A stretch of DNA of 61,438 bases from positions 1 through 61,438 of the forward strand of contig CAIZMI010000003.1 in assembly GCA_903934015.1 (NCBI GenBank). Direction: 5' to 3'. The DNA comes from an uncultured bacterium. GTDB taxonomy: Bacteria; Patescibacteriota; Andersenbacteria; UBA10190; CAIZMI01. The notes under the pieces are model-generated. The model saw nothing but the letters and a program-made list of their open reading frames with translations. It was not told the DNA's origin and did no database searches. The stretch's first letter is position 1; every line of letters begins with the position of its first letter. Below are positions 8,937 through 17,858 of this stretch, in pieces. A program made the translations under genes and the position numbers.

Positions 8937-10463
8937 ATGATTACCGACAAGTGGCTTGATAAAATAACAATGTATCGTTTGACCTTGTATTATTTACTGG
9001 GTTTGACTTTTGTCGCATCCTTTTTTGGTGTTTTTGATTTAATTCCATTTACTCCAACGGATATTGGTTTGAGTTTGCTTACGGCTGTTGTGGTGTCCGG
9101 ATTTTCTAATTTTGTTTTTGCCAAATTGTTTAAGGCAATTACCAATATTGAGTCCGTATTTATTACAGCGGTTATTTTGGTATTGATTATTCCGGCACAG
9201 TTTCCGGCCAACTTGCCGTTTATTGCTCTGGCGTCGATATTTGCTATGGCCTCAAAGTATCTGCTGACTATCGATAAACAACACGTCTTTAATCCGGCAG
9301 GAATTGCCGTGATAGCGATTCCGTTGTTATTTCCTAATTTAAACGCTACGTGGTGGGTTGGTTCACCGCTTCTAATGCCATTTGTTTTGATTGGCGGTTA
9401 TTTGCTGGTTAGAAGAATAAGGCGTGAGCAAATGGTGCTGTGGTTTTTTGTTGCTTATTTTACAGCCGTTATCGCGTCGTCGTTTTTACACCCAAATATT
9501 TTTGGCGCCCTGATAAAGACTATGCAAATTAGTGTTTTGAGTTCGCCTGTTTGGTTCTTGGGATTGGTGATGCTCACTGAACCGTTAACGTCGCCGAGTA
9601 ATGAGCGGATGCGCAATATCTTCGGCGTCGTTGTTGGTTTTTTTGCGGCTTCCACTCAACTAAAACCATTTGGAATTGTGATGACTCCGGAAACGGCATT
9701 GGCTGTTGGAAACGTTTTTACTTTAGTTGTGAATCCATGGTATCGGCTAGTATTGTCGCTTAAACAAGTGGTGCGTCTTACACCTGATACATTTGCCTTT
9801 ATCTATAACAAATCGAAAGATTTCATTTTTCAGCCCGGTCAATTTATGGAGTGGACTTTGCCACACGTGAAAGTGGATGAGCGGGGAAACCGTCGTTATT
9901 TTACGATCGCGTCATCACCGACGGAAAACGAATTAATTATTGGGGTAAAATATAATGACCCAAATAGTAGTTTTAAGATTGCATTGTTGAAAGCAAAGAG
10001 TAGTAAAAAAATTATTGCGACACAATTAGCGGGAGATTTTGTATTGCCCAAGAAACGAGAACCGATGGTGTTTGTTGCCGGCGGGATTGGAATAACGCCG
10101 TTTCGCAGTATGGTCAAATATATCGTCGATAAGAAAATCAAAAGTGACATCGTGTTGTTTTATTCAAATAAACGTGAACAAGACATTGTTTTCATGGACG
10201 TTTTTGAAGAGGCAAGACAATTTGGGGTGAACACAATTTATACTTTAACCGATAAGGAATTCGTGCCGGAAAATTGGCAGGGAAGCGTTGGCTATGTTGA
10301 AGAACACATGATCAGGAAAGAGACTCCGGATTATCTAAATCGCAAATTTTATGTTTCCGGCCCACAGTTGATGGTGCAATCATTGGAAAAAACATTAAGT
10401 GTGATGGGTCTGCCAAAAAATAAAATAGTTACAGACTATTTCCCCGGGTTCGGAGGAAAGTGA
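8937..10463 (+). CDS. RnfD/NqrB-like membrane domain fused to FNR-type FAD/NAD oxidoreductase
   Basis: Multi-TM N-terminal half with SKY...HVFNPA and MLTEPLTSP; C-terminal half RRYFTIAS, AGGIGITPF, YVSGP. Confidence 0.88.
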   Translation: MITDKWLDKITMYRLTLYYLLGLTFVASFFGVFDLIPFTPTDIGLSLLTAVVVSGFSNFVFAKLFKAITNIESVFITAVILVLIIPAQFPANLPFIALASIFAMASKYLLTIDKQHVFNPAGIAVIAIPLLFPNLNATWWVGSPLLMPFVLIGGYLLVRRIRREQMVLWFFVAYFTAVIASSFLHPNIFGALIKTMQISVLSSPVWFLGLVMLTEPLTSPSNERMRNIFGVVVGFFAASTQLKPFGIVMTPETALAVGNVFTLVVNPWYRLVLSLKQVVRLTPDTFAFIYNKSKDFIFQPGQFMEWTLPHVKVDERGNRRYFTIASSPTENELIIGVKYNDPNSSFKIALLKAKSSKKIIATQLAGDFVLPKKREPMVFVAGGIGITPFRSMVKYIVDKKIKSDIVLFYSNKREQDIVFMDVFEEARQFGVNTIYTLTDKEFVPENWQGSVGYVEEHMIRKETPDYLNRKFYVSGPQLMVQSLEKTLSVMGLPKNKIVTDYFPGFGGK

Positions 10464-10467
10464 CGGC

Positions 10468-10579
10468 ATCAGCCGTCATCCTCGAGCAGCATCGAGGATC
10501 CAGTTGCGATTTCATCCCCAAGCGCAATTGGGGATCCAAAATAATCAGCCTTCATTCTCGAGCGGCATCGAGGATCCAG
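10468..10579 (+). repeat. Three REP-like hairpin repeats (TCATYCY...GGATCCA)
   Basis: ATCAGCCGTCATCCTCGAGCAGCATCGAGGATCCAG (10468-10503) recurs nearly identically at 10544-10579; related TTCATCCCCAAGCGCAATTGGGGATCCA at 10511-10538. Confidence 0.8.
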
Positions 10580-10589
10580 GTAATTCAGT

Positions 10590-10613
10590 GTAGGGGCAAT
10601 TCATGAATTGCCC
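10590..10613 (+). repeat. GTAG-type REP palindrome
   Basis: GTAG-GGGCAATTCATGAATTGCCC; sister copy at 51699-51722 in opposite orientation. Confidence 0.75.
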
Positions 10614-10790
10614 ACATGCGTAAAAAAACCAGTCTGATATTGCTAGACTGGTGTTGTGGGCTCGTCTCACGCGACTGCGTCATACACCGTACTGATTGAA
10701 TATGTGGTCCACGAACGGGTGGTTTCACGTTATACTGTTGCTGTTATTAAGCATGTAGCGTGTTTATTATTAATTTGCTAGTCTATCTAC

Positions 10791-11480
10791 ATGAAAAATT
10801 CTATTATCGTAATCATATTGGTGGCAGTGGTGGGGGCTATTCTTATTTGGGGTAAAGCAATCAACAGGAAGATTGCAGAGTTGCCGACGCCCACAGTTGC
10901 TTCTGTTACCGCACCATTGAACACCGAAACGCCAACTGATATAATTTCCAATATGCCCATCACAACACCAGTCCAAAATATTCAAGAAATAAATAAGAAG
11001 GTAAATATTACAATGGAAACCAGCATGGGAACCATTGGGTTAGAATTAGACGGCACAGTTGCGCCGTTAACGGTTGGAAATTTTGTTACATTAGCAAAAA
11101 GCGGATTTTACGACGGAACAGCTTTTCACCGAATTATCTCCAATTTCATGATTCAAGGCGGTGATCCATTATCGAAAGATCCAGGCAAACGATCAATGCA
11201 AGGCACGGGTGATCCCGGTTATAAATTTAAGGATGAATTTAATGCTTTAAAATTGGTGCGCGGTTCATTGGCGATGGCGAATTCCGGTCCCAACACCAAT
11301 GGTAGTCAATTTTTCATTGTTACCGCAGAGTCCACTCCATGGTTGGATGGCAAACATACGAATTTTGGTAAAGTAATTTTGGGGATGGATGTAATTGATA
11401 AAATTTCCGCGGTGGAACGCGATGGTAACGATAATCCATTGGTGCCCGTTGTTGTAAAAAAAGTGTTGGTTATCGAATAG
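10791..11480 (+). CDS. Cyclophilin-type peptidyl-prolyl isomerase, membrane-anchored
   Basis: FHRIISNFMIQGGDP, AMANSGPNTNGSQFFI, WLDGKHTNFG. Confidence 0.95.
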   Translation: MKNSIIVIILVAVVGAILIWGKAINRKIAELPTPTVASVTAPLNTETPTDIISNMPITTPVQNIQEINKKVNITMETSMGTIGLELDGTVAPLTVGNFVTLAKSGFYDGTAFHRIISNFMIQGGDPLSKDPGKRSMQGTGDPGYKFKDEFNALKLVRGSLAMANSGPNTNGSQFFIVTAESTPWLDGKHTNFGKVILGMDVIDKISAVERDGNDNPLVPVVVKKVLVIE

Positions 11481-11508
11481 AGTATTTAAACCTCGTCCGT
11501 AATTAAAA

Positions 11509-11540
11509 TAACGGTGCCTAAGAAATTGGGCGCCGTTTCT
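11509..11540 (+). terminator. Probable intrinsic terminator after the cyclophilin gene
   Basis: AACGGTGCCTA-agaaat-TGGGCGCCGTT followed by TCTT. Confidence 0.55.
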
Positions 11541-11546
11541 TAATCC

Positions 11547-11581
11547 TTGACAATGTTTCTAATGCCGAACATAATACGAAC
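11547..11581 (+). promoter_or_regulatory. Sigma70 promoter overlapped by a GAAC-N7-GAAC direct repeat (candidate LexA box)
   Basis: TTGACA (11547-52), 17 nt, CATAAT (11570-75); GAACataatacGAAC at 11567-11581. Confidence 0.6.
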
Positions 11582-11590
11582 AGTGATGAA

Positions 11591-12034
11591 ATGCCACGAA
11601 TTTTCCACACATTTTCGATACTCCCGCTCTTGGGCTTCGGTCTTGAGAGTTGTCACTCGCGTGGTTTTTCCGCGAGTTATAGATCGGCATCGGGTGGTAA
11701 TGGTGGGGTTAGACCAGCGAGTTGGCCCAGTCCCGCCGAAGAAGAATTGCAAGACACGCTTTCGTTTGACGAATGGCTTATGCCTCGAAAAGAATCGAGT
11801 TTTCTTCTTCCCGTCGGGAGCACGGATATGCAAGAAGCGGGAATCCTGCCCGGAGACACCCTTATTGTAGAAAAAGGGTTTCCCGCTCACCCCAATGATG
11901 TTGTTGTAGTGGATTTGCATGGTAGTTGGAAACTGCGTCGTTTAAACCGGCAGGATAAAAATTTATCTTCTCCGGAGAAAGAAGATTGTCGTTTGGTTGG
12001 GGTTGTTACAGCAGTAATTAGAAAGTACCACTAG
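11591..12034 (+). CDS. UmuD-like S24 family protein with degenerate catalytic dyad
   Basis: WPSPAEEELQDTLSFDEWL...MQEAGILPGDTLIVE...VGVVTAVIRKY; expected GDSM appears as STDM and TVKRL as KLRRL. Confidence 0.8.
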   Translation: MPRIFHTFSILPLLGFGLESCHSRGFSASYRSASGGNGGVRPASWPSPAEEELQDTLSFDEWLMPRKESSFLLPVGSTDMQEAGILPGDTLIVEKGFPAHPNDVVVVDLHGSWKLRRLNRQDKNLSSPEKEDCRLVGVVTAVIRKYH

Positions 12035-12036
12035 AA

Positions 12037-13350
12037 ATGTTTAACCAGTCATGGCCACGAGCAATTTTGCTTTTGGATGGTGATGCTTTTTTTGCTTCCT
12101 GTGAACAGGCGGTTGATCCGGCGCTACTTGGCAAACCCGTTGTTACTGGAAAAGAGCGAAATATTGTTTCCGCGGCCAGTTATGAGGCAAGGGCATTGGG
12201 GATCACGCGTGGGGTTACGCTCTGGGACGCAAAAAAACGATGTCCGCAGTTGGTAGTGTTACCATCGGACTATGAGACCTATAGTATCTTTTCCAAGCGT
12301 GTATTCGAGATTATGCGTCGTTATACGCCAACGGTGGAAGAATACTCAATCGATGAGGGTTTTGCCGATTTAACGGGATTAAGAAGATTACATCATCTCA
12401 ACTATCGCGATATAACAAAAAAGATGCAATTGGAAATTCACAAGGAACTTGGCATTACTGTTTCGGCGGGTTTAAGTATCACAAAAACTTTGGCAAAAAT
12501 AGCTGCCAAGAAACAAAAACCAGCCGGTTTTACGGCGATTAGCGGGCGTGATCTTCCAACAGCATTATCTGATTTGTTGGTTGGCGATATTTGGAATATT
12601 GGTCCAAGTACGGCGGAACTGCTTAATCGTTTCGGGATAAAAACTGCGGAGCAGTTTGCCGGGGCATCATTGGAACAAGTGGGTAAAATTCTGACCAAGC
12701 CCGGAGTTGCTGTTTGGAATGAAATTAATGGTCGGATGGTTTATCCGGTGGCTGTTCAACAGGGCGCGCCGGTTCAGTCAATTAGTAAGATGAAAACTTT
12801 TACACCTCCATCTAATAATAAGAGTTATGTGTATTCTCAATTGATGAAAAATCTGGATAATGCCTGCGCTAAAGCAAGACGTCATCTACTACTGGCAAAA
12901 AAAATTATCATTGTTTTACGCAAAAATGATTTTCGCACTTACGGCTTAGAAGCAAAACTTTCACGGCCGTCCGCTTTTCCGTTAGAACTTTCAAGTGTGG
13001 TCGAAGAATTATTTATGAAAACTTATGAAAAAGATATTTTTTATCGTGCCACCGGGGTTCTTTTGGTTGATTTAATGGGGAATACTGTTTTTCAACCAAG
13101 TCTTTTTGATGACACCGTGAAAATTGAAAAAATATTATTTGCTTATCGAGCAATAGATGAGTTGCGTGAAAAATATGGTAAATATGTAATTTGTCAAGGG
13201 AGCGCCTTGTCTTCAGTTGTTTCTCCTGCTCACAGTGGTGGGGAAAATTCGGGAGGAAGATGTGCTGAGCCTGATCGTAAAAAAAGGTTACTAAAAGGAG
13301 AAACTAAACGTCGCCATTTGCCATTGCCTCTTTTTCGTGGAACGGTATGA
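12037..13350 (+). CDS. dinB: Y-family DNA polymerase (DinB/UmuC-like)
   Basis: LDGDAFFASCEQ, AASYEAR, YSIDEGF, TKTLAKIAA motifs. Confidence 0.93.
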   Translation: MFNQSWPRAILLLDGDAFFASCEQAVDPALLGKPVVTGKERNIVSAASYEARALGITRGVTLWDAKKRCPQLVVLPSDYETYSIFSKRVFEIMRRYTPTVEEYSIDEGFADLTGLRRLHHLNYRDITKKMQLEIHKELGITVSAGLSITKTLAKIAAKKQKPAGFTAISGRDLPTALSDLLVGDIWNIGPSTAELLNRFGIKTAEQFAGASLEQVGKILTKPGVAVWNEINGRMVYPVAVQQGAPVQSISKMKTFTPPSNNKSYVYSQLMKNLDNACAKARRHLLLAKKIIIVLRKNDFRTYGLEAKLSRPSAFPLELSSVVEELFMKTYEKDIFYRATGVLLVDLMGNTVFQPSLFDDTVKIEKILFAYRAIDELREKYGKYVICQGSALSSVVSPAHSGGENSGGRCAEPDRKKRLLKGETKRRHLPLPLFRGTV

Positions 13351-13422
13351 AAAGAGGTCTTGGAATAGAATAAAGCAGGAGTTATACTGTTAATAGTCTT
13401 AATTACTAATTCGAAAGGTTAT

Positions 13423-14325
13423 ATGCGTATTTTAGTAACTGGCGGTACGGGCTTTGTCGGATCCAATATTGTTAAAGAGCTTAGCGGAAAAGGCGATGAG
13501 ATAATTATCACGGGGTCTGATGCTGAACAGGAGGTCGGTAAGTATGTAAATAAATATTTGCAACCCAGTTTTTTAGGAATTGATTGGAATTCCTTGGGTA
13601 AATTAGATTTGGTTTTTCATGAAGCGGCCATAAATAATACTCTTTTGGCGGACCGGACAGAAATGTTACGTAGTAATTTGGAGTCTTCTAAAGAGTTATT
13701 CAGAAATGTTACGGCAAACGGTTGCAAGAGGATAGTTTACGCTTCCTCAACGGCAGTTTATGGCAACGCGCCTGCTCCACTTAAAGAAAATGGTCCAATT
13801 GAACCATTAAACGTTTATGGTGAATCAAAGAAGTTGCTGGATGAATTTACGATGGATTTTGCGAAGAACAATCCGGACAAAATAATTGTTGGATTGAGAT
13901 ATTGCAATGTTTATGGCCAAGGGGAAACACATAAGGGAAAAAGAGCCAGTATGATTTATCAATTGGCTCAGCAAATGAAAAAAGGCAGGCCACGTTTATT
14001 TAAATATGGAGAACAGAAGCGCGATTTTATTTATGTTAAAGATGTTGTGCAAGCAAATTTAAAAGCTTCACAAGCGGATAAAAGTTGCGTAGTTAACTGC
14101 GGATCAGGAAATTCGTACTCGTTTAATAATATTGTTGCAATTCTTAATAGTGAACTTGGTACAAAATACGATCCTGAATATATGGAAAACCCATATGAAG
14201 CAACTTATCAAACAAATACTTACTGCGATATGAATTACGCGAAAGAAATGATTAATTTTGAACCGAAATATAATTTAGAACAGGGGATTGCTGATTACGT
14301 TAAAAATGGTTTATTTAATTCCTAA
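13423..14325 (+). CDS. NAD-dependent epimerase, ADP-heptose 6-epimerase (HldD/RfaD)-like
   Basis: VTGGTGFVGSN, YASSTAVYG, PLNVYGESK, RYCNVYGQGETHKGKRASM, QKRDFIYVKD. Confidence 0.8.
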   Translation: MRILVTGGTGFVGSNIVKELSGKGDEIIITGSDAEQEVGKYVNKYLQPSFLGIDWNSLGKLDLVFHEAAINNTLLADRTEMLRSNLESSKELFRNVTANGCKRIVYASSTAVYGNAPAPLKENGPIEPLNVYGESKKLLDEFTMDFAKNNPDKIIVGLRYCNVYGQGETHKGKRASMIYQLAQQMKKGRPRLFKYGEQKRDFIYVKDVVQANLKASQADKSCVVNCGSGNSYSFNNIVAILNSELGTKYDPEYMENPYEATYQTNTYCDMNYAKEMINFEPKYNLEQGIADYVKNGLFNS

Positions 14326-14335
14326 TATATTCTTT

Positions 14336-14731
14336 ATGCCAAAAGTAAATGCGAAAAAAGGAAAAATTGAATTAGAGCAAAAGGAGTTTCAAATAGTCTT
14401 TCACCATGCCCCTGAAGGGCCAACGCGCAATTATCGTCTTGAACAACTGAATGAGATTCTTCAAAAATATGCGCAAAAAATAGATAAGCGCGATCCGATT
14501 GAGCGAATTGAGTTGACTATCGATCAACCAAAAAATCCGGTTGGAAAAATAATCGGGTATGGCGTGAAATTGCACATTTTGTTGATGTGTGGCGAGTCGT
14601 ATGTGGCGAATTCTGATTCATATGTGGCACGTGCGCAACATCTCGGTTTGGAAAAAAATGTCCGTAAAGCGGCAAAAGAAATTATTACTCAAATTGAAAA
14701 ACATCAATCAAAAAAGCTTGGACACAACTAA
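14336..14731 (+). CDS. Hypothetical protein, possibly HPF/RaiA-fold
   Basis: ATG at 14336; beta-alpha-beta-beta-beta-alpha-like pattern ending KNVRKAAKEIITQIEKHQSKK; resemblance is weak. Confidence 0.4.
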   Translation: MPKVNAKKGKIELEQKEFQIVFHHAPEGPTRNYRLEQLNEILQKYAQKIDKRDPIERIELTIDQPKNPVGKIIGYGVKLHILLMCGESYVANSDSYVARAQHLGLEKNVRKAAKEIITQIEKHQSKKLGHN

Positions 14732-15495
14732 TTGATTGTGATTGGGAGAGGTATTTGTTCTGTCTTTTGAAAAACCCAGTTTACTAAAGATAGGCCACCA
14801 TCAATTGTAATGATTTCACCGGTAATATAGGAAGCGTTATCGGACGAAAGAAAGAGAACCGCATTTGCAATATCTTTTGTGCGACCACGGCATTCACCCA
14901 AAGGTACGGAGGTAAACTTGGCTGGAACATTGCGATTATTTCTAATTGCTCCCGGGGCTACCCCATTAACGCGAATGTTTTTGTCCGCCATGGAAAGGGC
15001 AAATTCTAAAATTAACATCTTAAGCGCCGCTTTTGACATCGCATATGTTGCGTCACCAAGGGGTTTGTCTTGGTGCACAGAAGTCGTAAACACAATATTG
15101 CCACGGCGCATGTTTTTTGCGATCGCTTGAGAAAGAAAAAAAGGCCCGCGAATATTGGTATTTAAAACCGAATCAAAATCATCAGGTTCAGTTTCAAATA
15201 GAGATTTTGAAGAGCCAATGCCTGTGTGGTTAATTAATACTTCAATTGGGCCATGCGCTTTCTCAATTTGGTCAATAATTTGTCGGTGCGTAATTATTTC
15301 AGTAATATCCGCGACTATTGCCATGGCCTTTTTGTGGTCGTTATTAACAGCCCATTTTCGAAATTTTTTACAACCATTTTTATCAACATCAAGAATTGTA
15401 ACGGCATCGCCATTTTTCAAAAAAGCTTTGGCAATGGCTAAACCAATACCGTTAGCTCCGCCTGTTACTAGGACAGATCTATTTTTTCTTATCAT
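14728..15495 (-). CDS. Short-chain dehydrogenase/reductase
   Basis: VTGGANGIG, YAMSKAA, IRVNGVAPG, YITGEIITIDGG; start moved to ATG at 15495. Confidence 0.92.
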   Translation of the reverse strand: MIRKNRSVLVTGGANGIGLAIAKAFLKNGDAVTILDVDKNGCKKFRKWAVNNDHKKAMAIVADITEIITHRQIIDQIEKAHGPIEVLINHTGIGSSKSLFETEPDDFDSVLNTNIRGPFFLSQAIAKNMRRGNIVFTTSVHQDKPLGDATYAMSKAALKMLILEFALSMADKNIRVNGVAPGAIRNNRNVPAKFTSVPLGECRGRTKDIANAVLFLSSDNASYITGEIITIDGGLSLVNWVFQKTEQIPLPITIN

Positions 15496-15672
15496 ATAAT
15501 TTTTATTACTATCAAAAACTAACCATAGATTGCGCCATATGTTAAATTTTGTCAATAGAATTTCAGTATAATAACCATAAACCTTCAATTCGACATGAGA
15601 TGAATACCTTTAAGAAACTAAATAATATCGAAATATATTGTAGCCAATGTGATATAGTTAATAATAAATACA

Positions 15673-16029
15673 ATGAACAATCATAAAATTGAATTTGACT
15701 CGCTAATTAGGTTAACTTGTTCGCTGTCTCTGGTTTTAAGCGTCCTTTTTGCGGTTCCAGGATTTCAAAATAGAACAATTGGTGATATTTTCTCGTGGCT
15801 TACATTGTCTTTAGGGCTTGTTGGTTTAGTTGGATCATTTATGGGAAAAAGATCATGGTATAGTCTGTTGTTTATTTTGGCTGCATACTTGCACATGATT
15901 TCACTTTATTCGAATCGAACGGTCCAATTTGTTGTAATATTAGGCGTATTGTTGGTTGCTATTGGTGGGCTTGCGGGAAATTTTGTAACTAATAAGTTTT
16001 CAAAAAAACTATTTACTAAATTAAAATAA
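15673..16029 (+). CDS. Hypothetical 4-TM membrane protein
   Basis: Four hydrophobic segments; TAATG overlap with rpiB. Confidence 0.65.
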   Translation: MNNHKIEFDSLIRLTCSLSLVLSVLFAVPGFQNRTIGDIFSWLTLSLGLVGLVGSFMGKRSWYSLLFILAAYLHMISLYSNRTVQFVVILGVLLVAIGGLAGNFVTNKFSKKLFTKLK

Positions 16030-16484
16030 TGAAAATATATTTAGGGGCTGATCATGAAGGCAATCAACTTAAGGAAGCAATAAAAATGGAGTTGGTCCGA
16101 GAAGGCTATAATATTATCGATTTAAGTCCGGAAAAACCGGAAGGAGGGGATGATTATCCTGATTATGCTTTTGCCGTAGGTGAGGCCGTGGCGAAAGATG
16201 CGGAGGCAAGAGGAATTTTGATTTGTGATACGGGAATTGGAATGTCTATTGCGGCTAATAAGATAAAAGGGGTGAGAGCGGCGCTGGTTATGGATATTTT
16301 TTCCACCAGACGGTCCCGAGAACATAATGATGCAAACATTATTATTTTTGGTTCTCATTTTATCAAAAAAAACATTGCAATTGAATGTGTAAAATATTTT
16401 CTTGATACGGTTTTTAGTTCCGCCGATAGACACAATCGACGGAAGGGTAAGATTGTTTTTAGAGAGCAATTCTCTAAAGAATAA
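16029..16484 (+). CDS. rpiB: Ribose-5-phosphate isomerase B
   Basis: GADHEG, DDYPD, ICDTGIGMSIAANKIKGVRAA, REHNDAN, RHNRR. Confidence 0.93.
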   Translation: MKIYLGADHEGNQLKEAIKMELVREGYNIIDLSPEKPEGGDDYPDYAFAVGEAVAKDAEARGILICDTGIGMSIAANKIKGVRAALVMDIFSTRRSREHNDANIIIFGSHFIKKNIAIECVKYFLDTVFSSADRHNRRKGKIVFREQFSKE

Positions 16485-16509
16485 TTAATATTTCGTCGTA
16501 TAAATTAAT

Positions 16510-17145
16510 ATGTCTTGCATAATTGAACCAGCAATAAACGTATACACAAAAGAGGAGTATTTAGAGAGGATTATTAGTGTTAGAAATTTTGCAGAGATTA
16601 TTCAATTTGATGTAATTGATGGAATTTTTGCTCGTCCTGGAAATTATAATGATCCTGATATAGTAAAAAATAATTTAGAAACTGAAAAAATTGATCTGCA
16701 TTTTATGGTGATGGATATTGACAAGGAAATTGATCGTTGGTTAAAGGTAAAACCGAAGAGAATAATTATTCATGTTGAGCAAACGAGTGGTATTGAAGGT
16801 CATTTAAAAAAAATGCAAATCAATAAGATAAAAAAGGGTCTCGCTATCGCACCATTTACTGCATTGGAAAAAATTACTCCTTTTGTGGATTTAATTGATT
16901 ATTTACTTGTGCTGAGTGTCGTTCCTGGTGGAAATGGTCAGGAATTTATATCCAGTACCATAGATAGAATAAAAACGGTTGGTTTAAAATATCCATTTTT
17001 GCAAATCGGCGTCGATGGTGGTGTTCAAGATAGGCATCTGTTAAGTTTAAAAAAAGCTGGGGTTAAAAATATTGTTATTGGATCATCTTTGTTTAACGGA
17101 GTGGTGGGTGAGAATTTTAAAAAATTTGACCATATTGTTCGTTAA
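16510..17145 (+). CDS. rpe: Ribulose-phosphate 3-epimerase
   Basis: QFDVIDG, DLHFMV, IHVE, SVVPGGNGQ, VDGGV, VIGS. Confidence 0.88.
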   Translation: MSCIIEPAINVYTKEEYLERIISVRNFAEIIQFDVIDGIFARPGNYNDPDIVKNNLETEKIDLHFMVMDIDKEIDRWLKVKPKRIIIHVEQTSGIEGHLKKMQINKIKKGLAIAPFTALEKITPFVDLIDYLLVLSVVPGGNGQEFISSTIDRIKTVGLKYPFLQIGVDGGVQDRHLLSLKKAGVKNIVIGSSLFNGVVGENFKKFDHIVR

Positions 17146-17193
17146 GTCAGTCGTCTAATAATTCAAATTAATTTACTATTAATTGCAATAATC

Positions 17194-17799
17194 ATGAAAT
17201 ACGAATTACCAAAATTAACATACCCTCACGATGCTCTTGAACCTTATTTGGATGAGCAAACAATGCATATTCATCATGAGAAGCATCATTTGGCGTATGT
17301 TGATAAATTGAATGCCACAATATCTGGACGTTCTGATTTTGATGGCGTAGAAATAGAAACGGTTTTAAGGAACATTAAAAGTGTCGATGAACGCATTCGT
17401 CAAGCGGTTATTAATTTTGGTGGCGGACACAGTAACCACAGTATATTCTGGACGAATCTTTCTCCCGATAGTGGAGGTGAACCAACGGGGGCTATTAATA
17501 ATGGAATCAGAGAAAAATTTAATAATTTTGAAGATTTTAAGACTAAATTTACTGAAATAGCATTAGGTACCTTTGGAAGCGGGTGGACATGGTTGGCAAG
17601 CAAAGACGGTGACTTGTCAATTTTGTCCCTTCCAAATCAGAACAGTCCTTTGTTGGAGGGTTACGAGCCTTTGTTGAGTCTTGATTTATGGGAACACGCG
17701 TATTACTTGCGGTATCAAAATAGGCGCGCCGAATATTTAGAAAATTGGTGGAATGTCATCAACTGGGATAACGTAAATGATCGATTGAACAATATTTAG
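17194..17799 (+). CDS. sodA: Fe/Mn superoxide dismutase
   Basis: HHEKHH, NFGGGHSNH, FGSGW, NQ, DLWEHAYY. Confidence 0.95.
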   Translation: MKYELPKLTYPHDALEPYLDEQTMHIHHEKHHLAYVDKLNATISGRSDFDGVEIETVLRNIKSVDERIRQAVINFGGGHSNHSIFWTNLSPDSGGEPTGAINNGIREKFNNFEDFKTKFTEIALGTFGSGWTWLASKDGDLSILSLPNQNSPLLEGYEPLLSLDLWEHAYYLRYQNRRAEYLENWWNVINWDNVNDRLNNI

Positions 17800-17858
17800 T
17801 CGTCTGGAAGATTGTGTCTGGTCAGTTTTCATGGTTGGCGGTAAAATTTAAAAGATAA

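Noticed and set aside
10468-10579. Possible mini CRISPR array
   Set aside because: Only 2-3 non-identical hairpin units with irregular spacing and no cas genes; better explained as REPs.
11547-11870. 107-aa ORF overlapping the umuD-like gene (possible frameshifted LexA N-terminus)
   Set aside because: No helix-turn-helix resemblance, and its TTG start is the -35 box of the promoter.
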